From Eledone cirrhosa (Eukaryota), in assembly GCA_964016885.1 (NCBI GenBank), contig OZ024740.1, positions 219,418,001-219,482,000 on the forward strand: a stretch of 64,000 nucleotides of DNA. Direction: 5' to 3'. Shown here piece after piece: positions 26,260 through 39,970 of this stretch. The position numbers and the translations under genes are program-made. The notes under the pieces are model-generated. The model made no database searches, had not been told where the DNA came from, and was given only the letters and a program-made list of their open reading frames with translations. Positions within the stretch are counted from its first letter, which is position 1. Each line of letters starts with the position of its first letter.

Positions 26260-26872
26260 GAGTTCCACTGAAGTAGGTGAATAAGTTCAAGTATATCAGG
26301 GCCGTGTTCATGAGTGATGGAAGGCAAGAGGCTGAATTAAGTGCAAGAATTGTGTCAGCCTCAGCATTTGGTCATAAGAAGTAGGTGTAAAAGCCAAACT
26401 CGTTATCTTTAATTCGGTATTCTTGCCAACGCTTACCTATGGCCATGAATCTTGGGTAATGACTGAAAGAATACAATGGTGAATACAAGCAGCTGAAATG
26501 GGGTTCCTCTGAAGGGTCTTTGGAGTAACATTAATTAATAGAATGTGTAGCTCAGAGATCAGATAGAGCTGCTACTTCTCCAAATTGAGAGATCACAGCT
26601 CTGATACTATGGGCATGTGGTTAGAATGTCTCAGGAAAGAATCACTGGACTGATTTTACAGACAAAACCAACCGGCAGGAAACCCAGGCGTAGACCCCAA
26701 GCAAGATGGTTGGATAACATCTATGAGGTTGGCTGGTCTCATTTGGGGATCTGGATGGATCAGTTGGAGATGGTTGCTTCTGACAGGACTCGCTGGAAGG
26801 AGTGTTTGAGGATTCTGCCCCCACGACCCTCTCAGGAAGAAGAAGAAGAAGAAGAAGAAGAAGAAGAAGAGG
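26260..26872 (+). mobile_element. RTE (Expander/Rex3-like) 3' fragment with (GAA)n tail
   Basis: KAKLVIFNSVFLPTLTYGHESWVMTE..QAAEMGFL; YGHVVRM..GRKPRRRPQARWLD. Confidence 0.85.
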
Positions 26873-28098
26873 TTTGAGGAATATTGAAATATCTAAGTTT
26901 TTCATTAGTAAGCTGATGGTTGGAGCATTACTTAACAAAAAGTTCTTACGCCAACTCAGAATGGATAGTTTTACTATGAGTATGGACTATAAAACCAGGG
27001 GTGGCTTCAAGATGTTTTGTATCAAAAGGAAATGCGTTAGGGAAGAGTCATTTTAGCTATTAAAAATGCACACATGAGCTGTGAAATTTACTGTATATTT
27101 ATCGTTTATTTCTTGGTGTCACAATTTTGTTGCAGTTTGTGACCGAGTCATTAACACAGTTCCATTATGTAAAGTGAACTTAGCAGCTTTTGTGTTATTT
27201 TCTGATGGTTAAAATGACCCTACAATTTTATAATTGATTTAGTTTTAAAACATGAGCCTCAGATCAAGTCACATGCAATACAACTGTGGTATCAAAAAGG
27301 TTAAACTGAAACAGATTTTTATCAAAGTTCTAGATTGTGCAACTATTAGAAATCTCCTGAAACCTAAAGGGACTACTATCTCTAGAAGCAGTATTGTACA
27401 TACTGCATCAAACTTCCATCAAGTAACATACATGACAAAATAAAAAAATAAAAAAACTTCCGAAGTTGTAATTCTTAACTGAACCATTATTTCAGCAGGT
27501 TAGTAAAGCTGGTCAAAAGAGTAGAATAATGTTTTTTTTTTCAAAAATGCCTTTCTCTATCTAGTAAAGCATCTAATTCACTGCCTCATATTTCTGAGGT
27601 GAAATCCCATTGGGGTCTATGTTATCTTTCATCTCTGTGGCATTGATAAGATAAGCACGGCTAATATATTCAGAGTGATTCAATTGACTGTGGTTTTTGT
27701 CATTTCCCAATAGGACTTAAGGCTAAGGCAAGAGAAGTGATTATGATTTTAGCGATCCTGAGAGAGTAGCATTCCAGTCAACCTAATAGAACATAATATA
27801 AACACAGCATTTCAAAGTATGTTATCATAGAGCAACCAATTCACTCATCAACCATTTCATATATAGTTATATATAGTACATTTCTATGCAATTGTGTTTG
27901 TGTTTGTTTGTGTGTGTGTGTCTGTATGTGCTTGTGTTGTGTGTGTGGATGTGTTTGTGTTGTGTGTGTAATTGTTATTAATGGTGACTAGTTTACTCTG
28001 AAGTTTTGTTGATGTTATTGGCTAATCAAAACAGTATGTAGTGTATGTTTAGTGTGTTATTCACCCAAACCCATAAAACAAGTATTTGTATATATATA

Positions 28099-28143
<45 letters not shown>

Positions 28144-28535
28144 GGGGGGGTGCATATATTGATGTATGAGTGTGTGTATGCATGTATATATATTTTTGTA
28201 TATTTCTGTATGTGCATGTATGTATATGTATGTGTGTATATGTGTATGCATGTACATGTGTGTATGTATGTGTATGTAAATATATGTATGTATGCATATG
28301 TATGTATACATATATGTGTGAGTGTGTGTGTATATGTGTTTGCATGTGTATAGTTAAAGAGTTTACTTGTTGCCTATGAGCAGAGAAAGATGCCTAACTT
28401 TGAATTTTCAAATGCATGGTCAATTAGAGTTGGAAAGTATTTTGAAAACATGGTTAGCACAGGCATGTCCTTCTGCTTGATACCATTAACTACAGGGATC
28501 AGTTCTCATAGTTAAGGCAGGCATTCATACCAGTG

Positions 28536-28830
28536 TCATCATCATCATCATCCTCATCATCATCATCATTTAACATACATTTTATACACTAGCATGGATT
28601 AGACGTGTTTTCCAATTTGAGACAAGTTAGGTCAGGTGACTGTCTTTTTCATACAGAACTGTTTCAGGTTTGGTTTCTACGACTGGATGCCCTTCCTAAC
28701 ACCAACCACATTTACAGTGTGGACTGGGTGCTTTTTGTCATGTCACCAACACAATCACGTTACAGTGCAAATTGGGCACTTTTTGCCATGTCACCAACAC
28801 AACCACTCTACAATGCGGACTGGGCACTTT
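28536..28830 (-). mobile_element. RTE-type 3'UTR stub with (GAT)n tail
   Basis: (CAT)n then CTGGATGCCCTTCCTAACACCAACCACATTTACAGTGTGG as at ~8935-8972. Confidence 0.7.
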
Positions 28831-30014
28831 ATAGTCAAGTTGGACAAACCTACTAACAAACTTAGGCAGGCACAGGAACTTCTTCAGGATTCTCAACAGT
28901 GCATTTCTCTTCATTCTATGAAAAGCTTTTAGTAGCTTAACAAATACCTGATAAAGGGAGAAGTCCTTGCTCTATGAACTTTTCTTGCAGTAACTCATGG
29001 TGGAGTCATGGGGGTGCTGTACATACATATGGCGTTTCTTGTGCATTTTTTAAACCTGATGGTGCCCATCCCTTCTTCAGGTTTGAACACAGCTGATTTC
29101 TTTTAAAACAGGAGAAAGAATGATAGAAAAGAATTGAAAGGTACTTTTTTTTTATCAACCTCAAAAGGATGAAAGGCAAAGTCGACCTTGGTAGGATTTG
29201 AATTCAAAGAGCAAGAGAGCCAGTACAAATACTGATAAGCATTCTATCAGTAACTATTGGGAAATATTTCCCAGACACTTACTAAATCAATTTCAGACAA
29301 ACATATGCTCCATTGTTGTCTTGGAGTCTCAATGTGGTTTTGAATAAGGTAGCAGAGCATGTTTTACTTGCACATTCCATTTTTGGCATGGTTTCTATAG
29401 TTGGATACCCTTCTATGGCTGGATGCTCTTCCTAACACAAAAGCTTCAAACTTCATAGAGTGTACTAGATATATTTTATCATATCATTAACACTTGAGAG
29501 GTTTTTAAGTTCCAAGCAGAGGTTAATGGTTCTTCATGATTGAATGTTTTCTCCATGTTCCCCAACCACTTTACAGGGTGTACTGCATGCACTTTATCAT
29601 GACACCTACATTTGTGAGGTTGACTTAAATCTTGTAAGACTATAAATGCTGAAAAATGGTTGGCATCAAGAAGAGCATCTAGTTGTATAAACCATGTAGG
29701 GATTCACCATATGACCTCACAGAATATGTCAACATATCAAACCATGAGAACATGGAAAACGGATATAAAACAGTAATGATGATGATGATGATATATATAT
29801 TTAAATAATGTTGAAAACCAAACAATGCATTAGGAAGAACATTAAATCGCCAAGATAACAAAAGAATCTTATCTTAGTAAATTTAATGATCCCAAATATT
29901 TTCAGGTTTAAAAATCCATTATCGATAATGGGTCTTTAAACTTTAAATTATTTAAATTTATGTTCCCTATTCAACAATGCTTCAAGCAAGCTACAAAACT
30001 CTGTTATAAATATA

Positions 30015-30522
30015 TATATATAAATGTATATATAGTCTATTTTGCAATACACTGTATGCTTAATTAAAAGCATTTTGAAGACCATATGCTATTGTTTTAA
30101 AGTAGCGACATTGTTGCTTACTTAAATTTTCGGCATACAGTGTATTGCAAAATACACTGTATATACATTCATATATATATCGCTATTTCAGAGCACCAAT
30201 TCTAATTTTCAATTTCTGCTGGGCCAGCGACCACTCTGTAAAATCAGTTCCTGATTGTTACTGGAATTCTATAAGAATCCAACACACATAATTTTCGACA
30301 GATGGGGAGAGTAGTGAGTTTTGATAAGTACCAAATAGTACGAAACAGCGCTGTCAACTTATCTCTCCCTGTCTGCCGAAAATTTAAGTAAGCGACAATG
30401 TCGCTACTTTAAAACAATAGCATATGGTCTTCAAAATGCTTTTAATTAAGCATACAGTGTATTGCAAAATACACTATATATGCATTCATATATAAATCCC
30501 TAATTCAGAGCACCAATTCTAA
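30015..30522 (+). mobile_element. Hammerhead-containing unit with 317-bp period, ~73-bp direct terminal redundancy and 5' inversion, in TA tract
   Basis: Direct repeat 30133-30205/30450-30522; inverted arms ~30015-30135/30374-30494. Confidence 0.75.
30316..30360 (+). ncRNA. Type I hammerhead with mutated core (UUGAUAA)
   Basis: GAGUU-UUGAUAA-GUAC-CAAAUA-GUAC-GAAA-CAGCGCU-GUC-AACUU; palindromic stem III ACAGCGCUGU; stem I extends via GGAGAG/CUCUCC and GACAG/CUGUC. Confidence 0.72.
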
Positions 30523-30802
30523 TATATATATATATATGAGTTCCATACTGTAAATGAGGTCAGTGTTAGGAAGGGCGTCCAGCTGTAAAATACCCAGCCA
30601 AATTTACAGTCCTCGCCGGAGCCAGGTGCGACATAGCCAACCCTGGCCAGACTTGCCTCCCAGCGTAGACAGGCCGTCTAATCCATGCAAGTGTGAAAAA
30701 ATGGACGTTAAGTGATGATGATGATGATGATTATGATGATATATATATACATACACACATGCACACGCATAAACATACACACACACATATATACATGATG
30801 AA

Positions 30803-31159
30803 GGCGCATGGCTTAGTGGTTAGAGCATTGGGCTTGCAATCGAAAGGTTGTGAGTTCAATTCTCAGAGCGAGTGATGTGTTGTTTCCTTGAGCAAGACAC
30901 TTTATTTCACATTGCTCCAGTTTACTCAGCTGTCGAAATGAGATGATAGGGACTGGGGTCCCTATCATTCCACTACAAAGTGGTCGTGGAAGTGCCACGG
31001 CAAAAAAGCACCCAGCCCAACTGTAAAGTGGACGTGGAGGCGCCACGGAAAAAAAGCACCCAGACTCACTGTAAATGAGGTTGGTGTTAGGAAGGGCATC
31101 CAGCCGTAGAAATCAAGCCAGAATCAGTTCCCGTCTCACCCTTGCAAGCAGGGAAAAGT
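30803..31159 (+). mobile_element. tRNA/CORE-like SINE head joined to RTE-type 3' tail
   Basis: A/B boxes and CCTTGAGCAAGACACTT domain, then RTE subrepeats and CCCTTGCAAGCAGGGAAAAGTGGACGTAAAA(TGA)n. Confidence 0.7.
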
Positions 31160-31253
31160 GGACGTAAAATGATGATGATATCAATGAAAAAAGAAGGCAA
31201 GATTCCAATAATTTTTTAAGAACACCATATATATATATGTGTGCGTGTGTGTG

Positions 31254-31304
31254 TCTTGTCTAATGATCCTGAGAGTGTGCAGGTGAAATTCCAGAGTAAC
31301 AAGG
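31254..31304 (+). ncRNA. Type I hammerhead with G5A change, in a ~60-bp stub ending in (TA)n
   Basis: UCUUGU-CUAAUGA-U-CCUG-AGAGUGUG-CAGG-U-GAAA-UUC-CA-GA-GUA-ACAAGG. Confidence 0.65.
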
Positions 31305-31313
31305 GTCACTACT

Positions 31314-31339
<26 letters not shown>

Positions 31340-31344
<5 letters not shown>

Positions 31345-31415
31345 TGTCCCTAAACAATGTATACACATATTTATTACAATGCTGTTGAAGTGTGTATACA
31401 TTTTTTTGATCACCT

Positions 31416-31419
<4 letters not shown>
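31340..31419. mobile_element. Tiny Tc1/mariner-type MITE in (TA)n
   Basis: Imperfect TIRs AGTGTGTCCCTAAACAATGTATACACA / TGTGTATACATTTTTTTGATCACCTTG with TA flanks. Confidence 0.55.
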
Positions 31420-31459
<40 letters not shown>

Positions 31460-31797
31460 GATTTACTGCCCAATGCCAAGAGCTCAAATGCTGGGTAGTA
31501 ACTCTATTTTCTTAAGTATTGAATACTAGGCTGAACAATGGCCTTACTAGTCTACACTGGTAACTCCCACTATATTCACATATATATATATATATATATA
31601 TAGTTATACTTGGGGAGGGTCATATTGCTGTAATAATATTGCCAGAATTAATAACAGAACACACTCACTGTTTGGTTGGTTTTCACTTCTGTATCTTTTA
31701 TATCAGTTAATTCATTCGGTCCTCAATGTTTACCATTGACTGAGCAACGGTCAAAAATACAGATATAATATAGATATAAACACATATATATAGTCTA

Positions 31798-31837
31798 ACA
31801 AAGTTCTTTCGTTGCACATCTGCAACATCATCAGTGG
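31798..31837 (-). ncRNA. Minimal type I hammerhead in PLE pLTR
   Basis: CCA-CUGAUGA-U-GUUGCA-GAUG-UGCAAC-GAAA-GAACUU-UG; same GAAAGAACUU as the 17878 motif. Confidence 0.78.
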
Positions 31838-32084
31838 TACTATTATGTTCCTCCTGTTGTATTGTATGTCTACGCCATTTTTATTTTATCTGTTTATTTA
31901 TTTATTTTTATCTTTTTCTCTGTGCATGCGTTTGCGTGTGTGTATAGTGTTTAGTGTGTGTTCGCGTTAGGGTGACTGTGTTTTGGTTATTGTATTCTAT
32001 CTTAATTTACTAGTGTGTGTTTAAATGTGTTTGTTGTTATTGTGCTTGTGTATGTATTTATTTATTTATTTATTTATATTTCTC

Positions 32085-32549
32085 TTAAGTCAGTATTGTT
32101 TGGGTATGGTTGTTGTTGTTATTCCATTCATTTTTTCTGTTTAGCTTTCTAAGCTCTATTTCGCTTGCTTCTCTAATTTGTCTACCTGTTGGGTCATTTC
32201 TATGTCTAGGTATTATTTTAATTTCTATGTTGTCTATGTTACCGTCGTGTTGTTGTCTGGCATGTTCGTATAGTACTGAACCGTTTTTTCGTCCTTTTAG
32301 TTCCCCCAGTGTTGGTCTATCCTTTCTCCTATGCTTCGAGCTGTCTCGCCTATGTATGTTGTCATGTTTCTGCAAACTCCCTCTGTACATCTTATGCTAT
32401 AGACTACGTTTCTAGTTTTATAGTTTATCTGGGGGTTTACTTTACATATAACACATTTCCTATTAGTACAGTGGGTTTTCTTAAAAGGGTATGTTTTGCT
32501 GATCAGGAATTTGATGGTAGTTCCTGGCATTTCTACCACTTTAATCTTT
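32085..32549 (-). pseudogene. PLE Cys-rich linker plus GIY-YIG endonuclease, frameshift near 32300
   Basis: HCTNRKCVIC..NVVYSIRC..C..TYIGETARSIGERIDQH, then SVLYEHARQQH..DPTGRQIREASEI..LNRKNEW. Confidence 0.88.
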
Positions 32550-32989
32550 ATATATATATATATATATACACACACATATATATGTATGCCATATATTTAT
32601 ACGTATATGTATATATAAACATATACACACACTTACACACACACACACACACATATATATAAACACATACATATATATGTATTTATATGTACATACATTT
32701 TTTTCCACAATAATTACATTTATATACATATATATATATAATTTTAATTTAAAATAAAATGGCTTTAATGTATTCTTCCAAATACATTACTTATATGTTA
32801 TTAGAAGTCTTGCAAAGAGGTTGACTGAATCTTAATTAAATGTATAATGCAGTAGTGCATTACACATTATTACAATTGTGTCTACAGTGTTTTGTTTATG
32901 TTGCATGCCACTCCTGAAAGGCAGGCTTAATGGATTTGAATAGAAAATAAAATTGTAGTATATATATGATGATCGTGTGTGTGTGTGTG

Positions 32990-34125
<1,136 letters not shown>

Positions 34126-34678
34126 ATACATTTTTTTCCTAACTCAAAAGTTCTTTTATATTACTAAAACATCTAGTTGTGCTATTAAAGATACTCTGTT
34201 TGTATAGTCACTGCTGTATTATAATTCAATTTTAAGTCAGCTGTTTAGTTTGTGTGGTTGAAGTTCATTTCAATTATGCCAGTTAGTAATAATGCACACA
34301 ACACTGATACTTTTAAAATGTTATATAGTTCTTATTTTGTTATTTAAATTTTTACTTATACTTATAATGCTGGCATGTTGGTAGAATCAATATATTCAAC
34401 TCCAGGAGTTTCATTAGAAAATAAATCTATAAAAATTTAAAGCTAATAGTCTCAAACATTATTTCCCAACTTTCTTTCAATGATGTCTCCTTTACGTCAT
34501 ACAGTGTAAATAGTGACAGTCTTACTTCTCTGTAGAAATTTCGCAATGTTATTTAACCCTTTTGTTAACACATTTCTAATGAAATACACTGCCTACGTGT
34601 TTCATTTATTCTTTGAAATAATCAAGAACGTTGACTGGTTAATAAAATAATTAACTCGCCATTATTAGAACAGAATGT

Positions 34679-34880
34679 GAGGTGGTCGATTGGCAGTATT
34701 GGTATTGGTAGAGGGTCGGACGCCATGCTATGCAGCATAGAGTTACGGCCCTTTACAGTCCGAGTTCAAATCGCGCCGAGGTTAACTTTTTCTTTCATTC
34801 TTATGAGGTCAATAAAATAAAGTACCAGTAATGTACTAGGATAATTGCTGGCCTTGTGCCAAAAGTAGAAATAATTATTA
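34679..34880 (+). mobile_element. Deu/Nin-like tRNA SINE nested in piggyBac-like MITE
   Basis: Same head, core and tail as the 13659 copy. Confidence 0.82.
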
Positions 34881-35285
34881 GAACATAACGAAATGATTGT
34901 GCCATGATTAGGTGGATCTCTGGCGCCAAATTGAAAGATGATACCCCTTCGACCGTGCTCCACCAGAAGCTGGGTGTGGATGAGATCATTGTTGTCCTTC
35001 ACACACAAGGTCTCCGTTGGTATGGACATGTACAGCGAGCCACGTCATGCATCAATTACATCACTCACTTGGCAATCCTTGGCACTAGAGATAGCAGCAG
35101 ACCAAGGAAGATGTGGTTGGAGTGCTTGAAGAGTGATTTGTATAAATGGAACTTGGCCAATGTCGATACTATGGACAGAAATTCATGGAGAGTGGCTGTG
35201 AGACATTGCTTGGTGTTGCCTACTTCGGAGTCCGGGACAACCACAGCACCCGAAAGACCAAAACTGGATAAGGATGGATGGAACT
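34878..35285 (+). mobile_element. RTE 3' fragment of another family
   Basis: MIRWISGAKL..LRWYGHVQR..RPRKMW..DRNSWR. Confidence 0.8.
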
Positions 35286-37097
35286 AAAAAAAAGCTTCTT
35301 TCATAAAAATATAATATAAGGCTTATATTTAAATATAAATTCTTGAAAATGGGGTAGTTTTGTATCATAGAACCAAGGACATTTTCAGGCAAGCTGATAT
35401 TAAAAAGGTTAATCAATGTTCCAAGCCATATTTTGCATTAGATTAAGTTCACTATGAAACCATGTGGTTTTCAGTTCAATTCTACCCTGTGGTACTTTCT
35501 ACCAGAGTCTGCTACCATAGCCTCAGTTTCAACGAAATGTGGTAGATGGAAACTATATGGAAATCAATTGTGGATAGGGCGTTGGCTTTACAATCATGAG
35601 GTTGTGAGTTCAATCTCCGGACTTGGCAGATTATTGTATTTTTGAGCAAGGGCCATTATTTCAAAATTCTCCAGTCCACTCAGTTAAAAATGAGTACCAG
35701 CAGCAGCATTAGCAGCAACTGTCAGGGTTAACCTTGCAATGGACTGCTGTCATGTACTCTCAGTCACACCTCATGAAACTGAGATAACTTCCAGCCTGGT
35801 GAACCTCTAAGTTAAAAAAAAAGACTTTAATTTTAACAAATATGTAGTCTTGTTCTTAACCCTAATGATACCATAGCATCTGAGACACACCTGGTTCTAT
35901 GATACACATCTGTATATTTTAAACTGTTTGTATCTATCTAAAAACTTTTATGTAAGAATCTTTGTTAAGTTATGTTCCAAACACCAACTTAATAATAAGA
36001 AAGTTAGTTATATTACTAAATCCTTCTAAATTCGCAATTATTTTCAAAATTATTTGAAAATTATAGGCAATAGCTTTCATTAACCCTTTTGTTATCATAT
36101 TTTCAATGAAAGACACTGTCTATTTGTTTCAATTAAATTTGAAAATAGTGGTTTCTGATTTAGACTGAAGGCCAGCAATTGGGGGGGGGGGTCAACTAAA
36201 TAGACCGCAGTACATTACTGGTACTTTATTTTATCAACCCTGTAAGGATGAAAGGCAAAGCTAACCCCAGCCAAATTTGAACTCAGAGTAGTTCAATGAC
36301 GTAATTCAATGACACAAAACGTTGTCTGACACTCTACCGATACTACAAATTGAAAATAATAAAAGAGTTGGAGGAATTTAGAAAAATAACTAATGTTTTG
36401 ATATTTTGAACATAAAATGATGATGAATGTTTTAATATAAGGAATATTTTAATATAAGGAAGAACTCTTTAACCCTTTACCATTTACATTACTCAATATT
36501 TACTTTTATATTTTCACAGTAAAGGTTCTACCTCACATAATTATCTCACATAATATTGAATCTATGAGATTTTCATAGTATTTATTTTGAGAAAAATACC
36601 TTAACATCAGTATGAGCGGCCAGTTACAGCCGGTTTGAGCAGAAAGAGGTGAGAGAATTCTGACCAGATATGGCCAGTTTAAATGCTAAAGGGTTAAAAT
36701 GGTCAGTTTTGTATCACAGAACTAGGGGTAGTTTCAGATGAGCTGGCATCAAAAGGGTTCAATATATGGTAACAAAAGGGTTAATGAAAAATTCAATGTC
36801 TGATGAAATTTGATTTTAATTTTCAAACTTTGACTAATGTAGCTTGAAAGAACTGAAGTGGAACTTATTAGTGTTTTCTTCCAGAAACCTGATGCCTTCA
36901 ATAACTCTAACAAACCAAACCAAGCTGAAATAACTTACAAATGAATGGGTTTTTTTCTCCTATTACTCTAACAGATTTTCAATGATACAATATCTTAACA
37001 TGTTGGTGACATGCAACAAACTTTATTCTTTGTTATTTCATCATAAAAAGAATACTGAAAGATCCTTGCTAACATGGGGGGAAAAAAACAGCCATTA

Positions 37098-37570
37098 AAT
37101 GATGACGGTGGTGGTGGTGGTGGTGGTGATGGTGAATATAGTGGTAGCGATGGTGGTGGTGATGATGATAGTAGTAGCGATGGTAGTGGTGGTGGTGGTG
37201 GTGGGGGTTATGGTGGTGGTGGTGGTGGTAGTGGTGATGATGCGGATGGTGGTGGTGGTGATAGTGGTGTTGGTAGCTTATGGTAGTGGTGGTGGTGGTG
37301 GTGGTGGTGGTGGTGGTGGTGGTGGTGGTGGTGGTGGTAGCGATGGTGGTGGTGATGGTGGTGGTGGTGGTGGTAGCGATGGTGGTGGTGGTGGTGGTGG
37401 TGGTGGTGGTGGTGGTGGTGGTGATGATGGTGGTGGTGATGTTGGTAGCGATGGTGGTGGTGGTGGTGGTGATGTTGGTAGTGGTGATGGTGGTGGAGAT
37501 GGTAGTGGTGATGATGATGATGATTGTAGTGGTGTTAATGGTGGTGGTGTTGATGGTGACGATGATGATT
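37098..37570. repeat. (GGT)n/(GAT)n microsatellite
   Basis: Direct reading. Confidence 0.97.
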
Positions 37571-38077
37571 ACAGTGTTAAACTTATGTGCTTCCTTCTGT
37601 GTGTACATTAGAAATCAAATCAAGTAATAGAGGAAGAGAAGAAGGGATCGTGGAGTAGGGGTGGAGGGAGAACAAAAGCAAAAGAAAAACCTGTTTGTGA
37701 AAGAAAGAGATGAGAAAGAAGGTGTGACCAGCTTTTCATCTTTACTTTAATCTAAAGTATATCATTTATTTGACTTACATTCCAGCTAGGACCAATCCAT
37801 CATTTTCTTTACCACATAATGCATCCATGATTACATTACCAAGTAGATTCGATTTTTTTTGTTTGTTTGTTTTGTTTAAAGATCATAAGGAGTGGTTTGA
37901 GAATTTGATTGTTCATTTCAGCAGGTCAAACTATTGTATAAATGCTAACAACTACTTAAAAACAACACAGTGATTCAACTGGTGAAGGGATGTGGCTTCA
38001 GGGTTAGCCCTTAGGCATTTACATTACTCTATATATACCATTGTATTTGTGTGGTATAGGCTTTATAATAATAATAA

Positions 38078-38268
38078 TAATTGTTTCTACGTTAGGCACA
38101 AGGCCAGCAATTACCCCAGTGCATTACTGGTACTTTTATTTTATTGACCCCGTAAGGATGAAAGGCAAAGTCAACCTCGGCGGGATTTGAACTCAGATCG
38201 TAAAGGGACGTAACTATGCTGGAAAGCATGGCGTCCAACCCTCTACCGATACTGCCAATCCACCGCCC
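38078..38268 (-). mobile_element. Deu/Nin-like tRNA SINE, full length
   Basis: Reverse complement of 49433-49622; (AAT)n tail. Confidence 0.88.
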
Positions 38269-38270
38269 TA

Positions 38271-38306
<36 letters not shown>

Positions 38307-39489
38307 AATGAAATTATTGTGTACAGTGCTCAGGTGCACTACAACTCATCAAAGGTGCATGTATAGTACATAGAATAGTGTACAAAAACCAGGAAAGTGA
38401 ACAGTGTATGAGTCATGATATACTTGTGTGCGTGTGTATGGAGGGGGAATATCATATATGATGATGATAATGATGATGAATTCAGCAGCTTCTAAAGATG
38501 TTATAATAAAATTTCAATTTTGAAAAAGAAAATATATATATATATATAATTAGCACACAGGTAAGAACAGATTAAATTTTTTTATTCTACATATTTTGCT
38601 TGTTTTTGTTTGTTTTTTAATGTTTTGCCTTACTCAAGATTGTCTTCTTTAAATTCTGGTTTAAACTTATTTTCCCCTTGGTTCAGTGTTGGGCTGTTGG
38701 CAAAATATACATCATCACATTCATCAGTGTGATGTTTAGAGAGTCTGCTCGGAGCCCCTTCAAGTGTGTTGACAGTGACCCAAGGGTTTATAGCTGGGTT
38801 ATCATGATGTAAATGTGATATGGAGACTGTTTTAGTGGCTAGATAGTTGCGGAATAGCAGTAACCGTGTCAGGTGTTCTTATTCCCTACGTTCCAACATG
38901 ATGTGAGCTTCGTCAATCAAATGTGTAATATGATCCCTGAATGCTCCGTCTAGTAACTCAGAATTTGACAAATGAGATTTTGATGTTATTTATTTTGAGA
39001 ACAATGCCTTAACATCAGTATGAGTGGCCAGTTATGGCCAGCTTGAACAGAAAGAGGTGAGTGAATTCTGACTGGAGATGGCTGGTTTAAATGCTAAAGG
39101 GTTAAGGTGTTAAGCTCATGATTATAAGGTCTGTCTTAGGTTTGATTGCTACTGACATGTTTTTCCCTTCGTGTTGTTCTAATTTACTGGCAGAAATGAG
39201 TTGTATCTGTAATTAAAAGGGCTAGCCTTGTCATATCCTGTCATGCTGAATCTTCTTGAGAACGGTGTTAAGGGCACACATGAATTATAATCAGAAATAT
39301 TCAACTTGTTAAAAATGGCAGCCAAATCTCCCTTAAATTACATACTACCATAGTAAAAAATGGAAGAAGGTCACATTGGATAAATACAGTCAGCGTGTCA
39401 GCATTTCTGAAAAAGAAAATACCAGGATGATTGCAACTAGAACACCTTTGATCTTATGTCTTCTCAATCAAGATTTGACATGTTCTCTA

Positions 39490-39970
39490 GTGTTGGTGCT
39501 ATAAGAAAATGCATGCAGTACACTCTGTAAGGTGGTAGTGCTTGTGCCATGATAAAATGCACCAACTACTCACTATAAAGTGGTAGTGCTGGCACCACAA
39601 GAAAATGCACCCAGTACATCCTGTGAAGTGGTAGTGCAATAAAATGCACCTAGTACATTTTGCAAAGTGGTTGTGTTTATGCCACAACAAAATGCACCCA
39701 GTACACTCTGTAAAGGAGTAGTGCTAGCACTGCAATAAAATGCACGCAGTATATTTTGTAAAGTGGTTGTGTTTGTGCCACAACAAAATGCACCCAGTAC
39801 ACTCTGAAAAGAGGTTGGTATTAGGAAGGATATCCAGCTATAGACACCAAACCAAGTATGGAAGAGATGATCAAAATGTAGTTCTCTGACCTATCTTGTC
39901 TCAGACAGTAACACCCATCTAACTCCTGCCAGCATGAAAAACAGATATAACATGATGATGGTGATGATGC
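39490..39970 (+). repeat. RTE-type 3'UTR with ~43-bp subrepeat expanded to about 7 copies
   Basis: AAAATGCACCCAGTACACTCTGTAAAGTGGTAGTG units, then TTAGGAAGGATATCCAGC and (GAT)n. Confidence 0.75.

Larger units (their letters stand above)
31603..32549 (-). mobile_element. Penelope-like element (Neptune-type) 3' fragment: GIY-YIG endonuclease plus pLTR with hammerhead
   Basis: GIY-YIG remnant, 3' non-coding region with hammerhead, (TA)n at both junctions. Confidence 0.88.

Noticed and set aside
37069-37627. Gly/Val/Thr-rich ORFs (likewise 40026-40494 and 61268-61925)
   Set aside because: Trinucleotide repeats open in several frames; no other coding evidence
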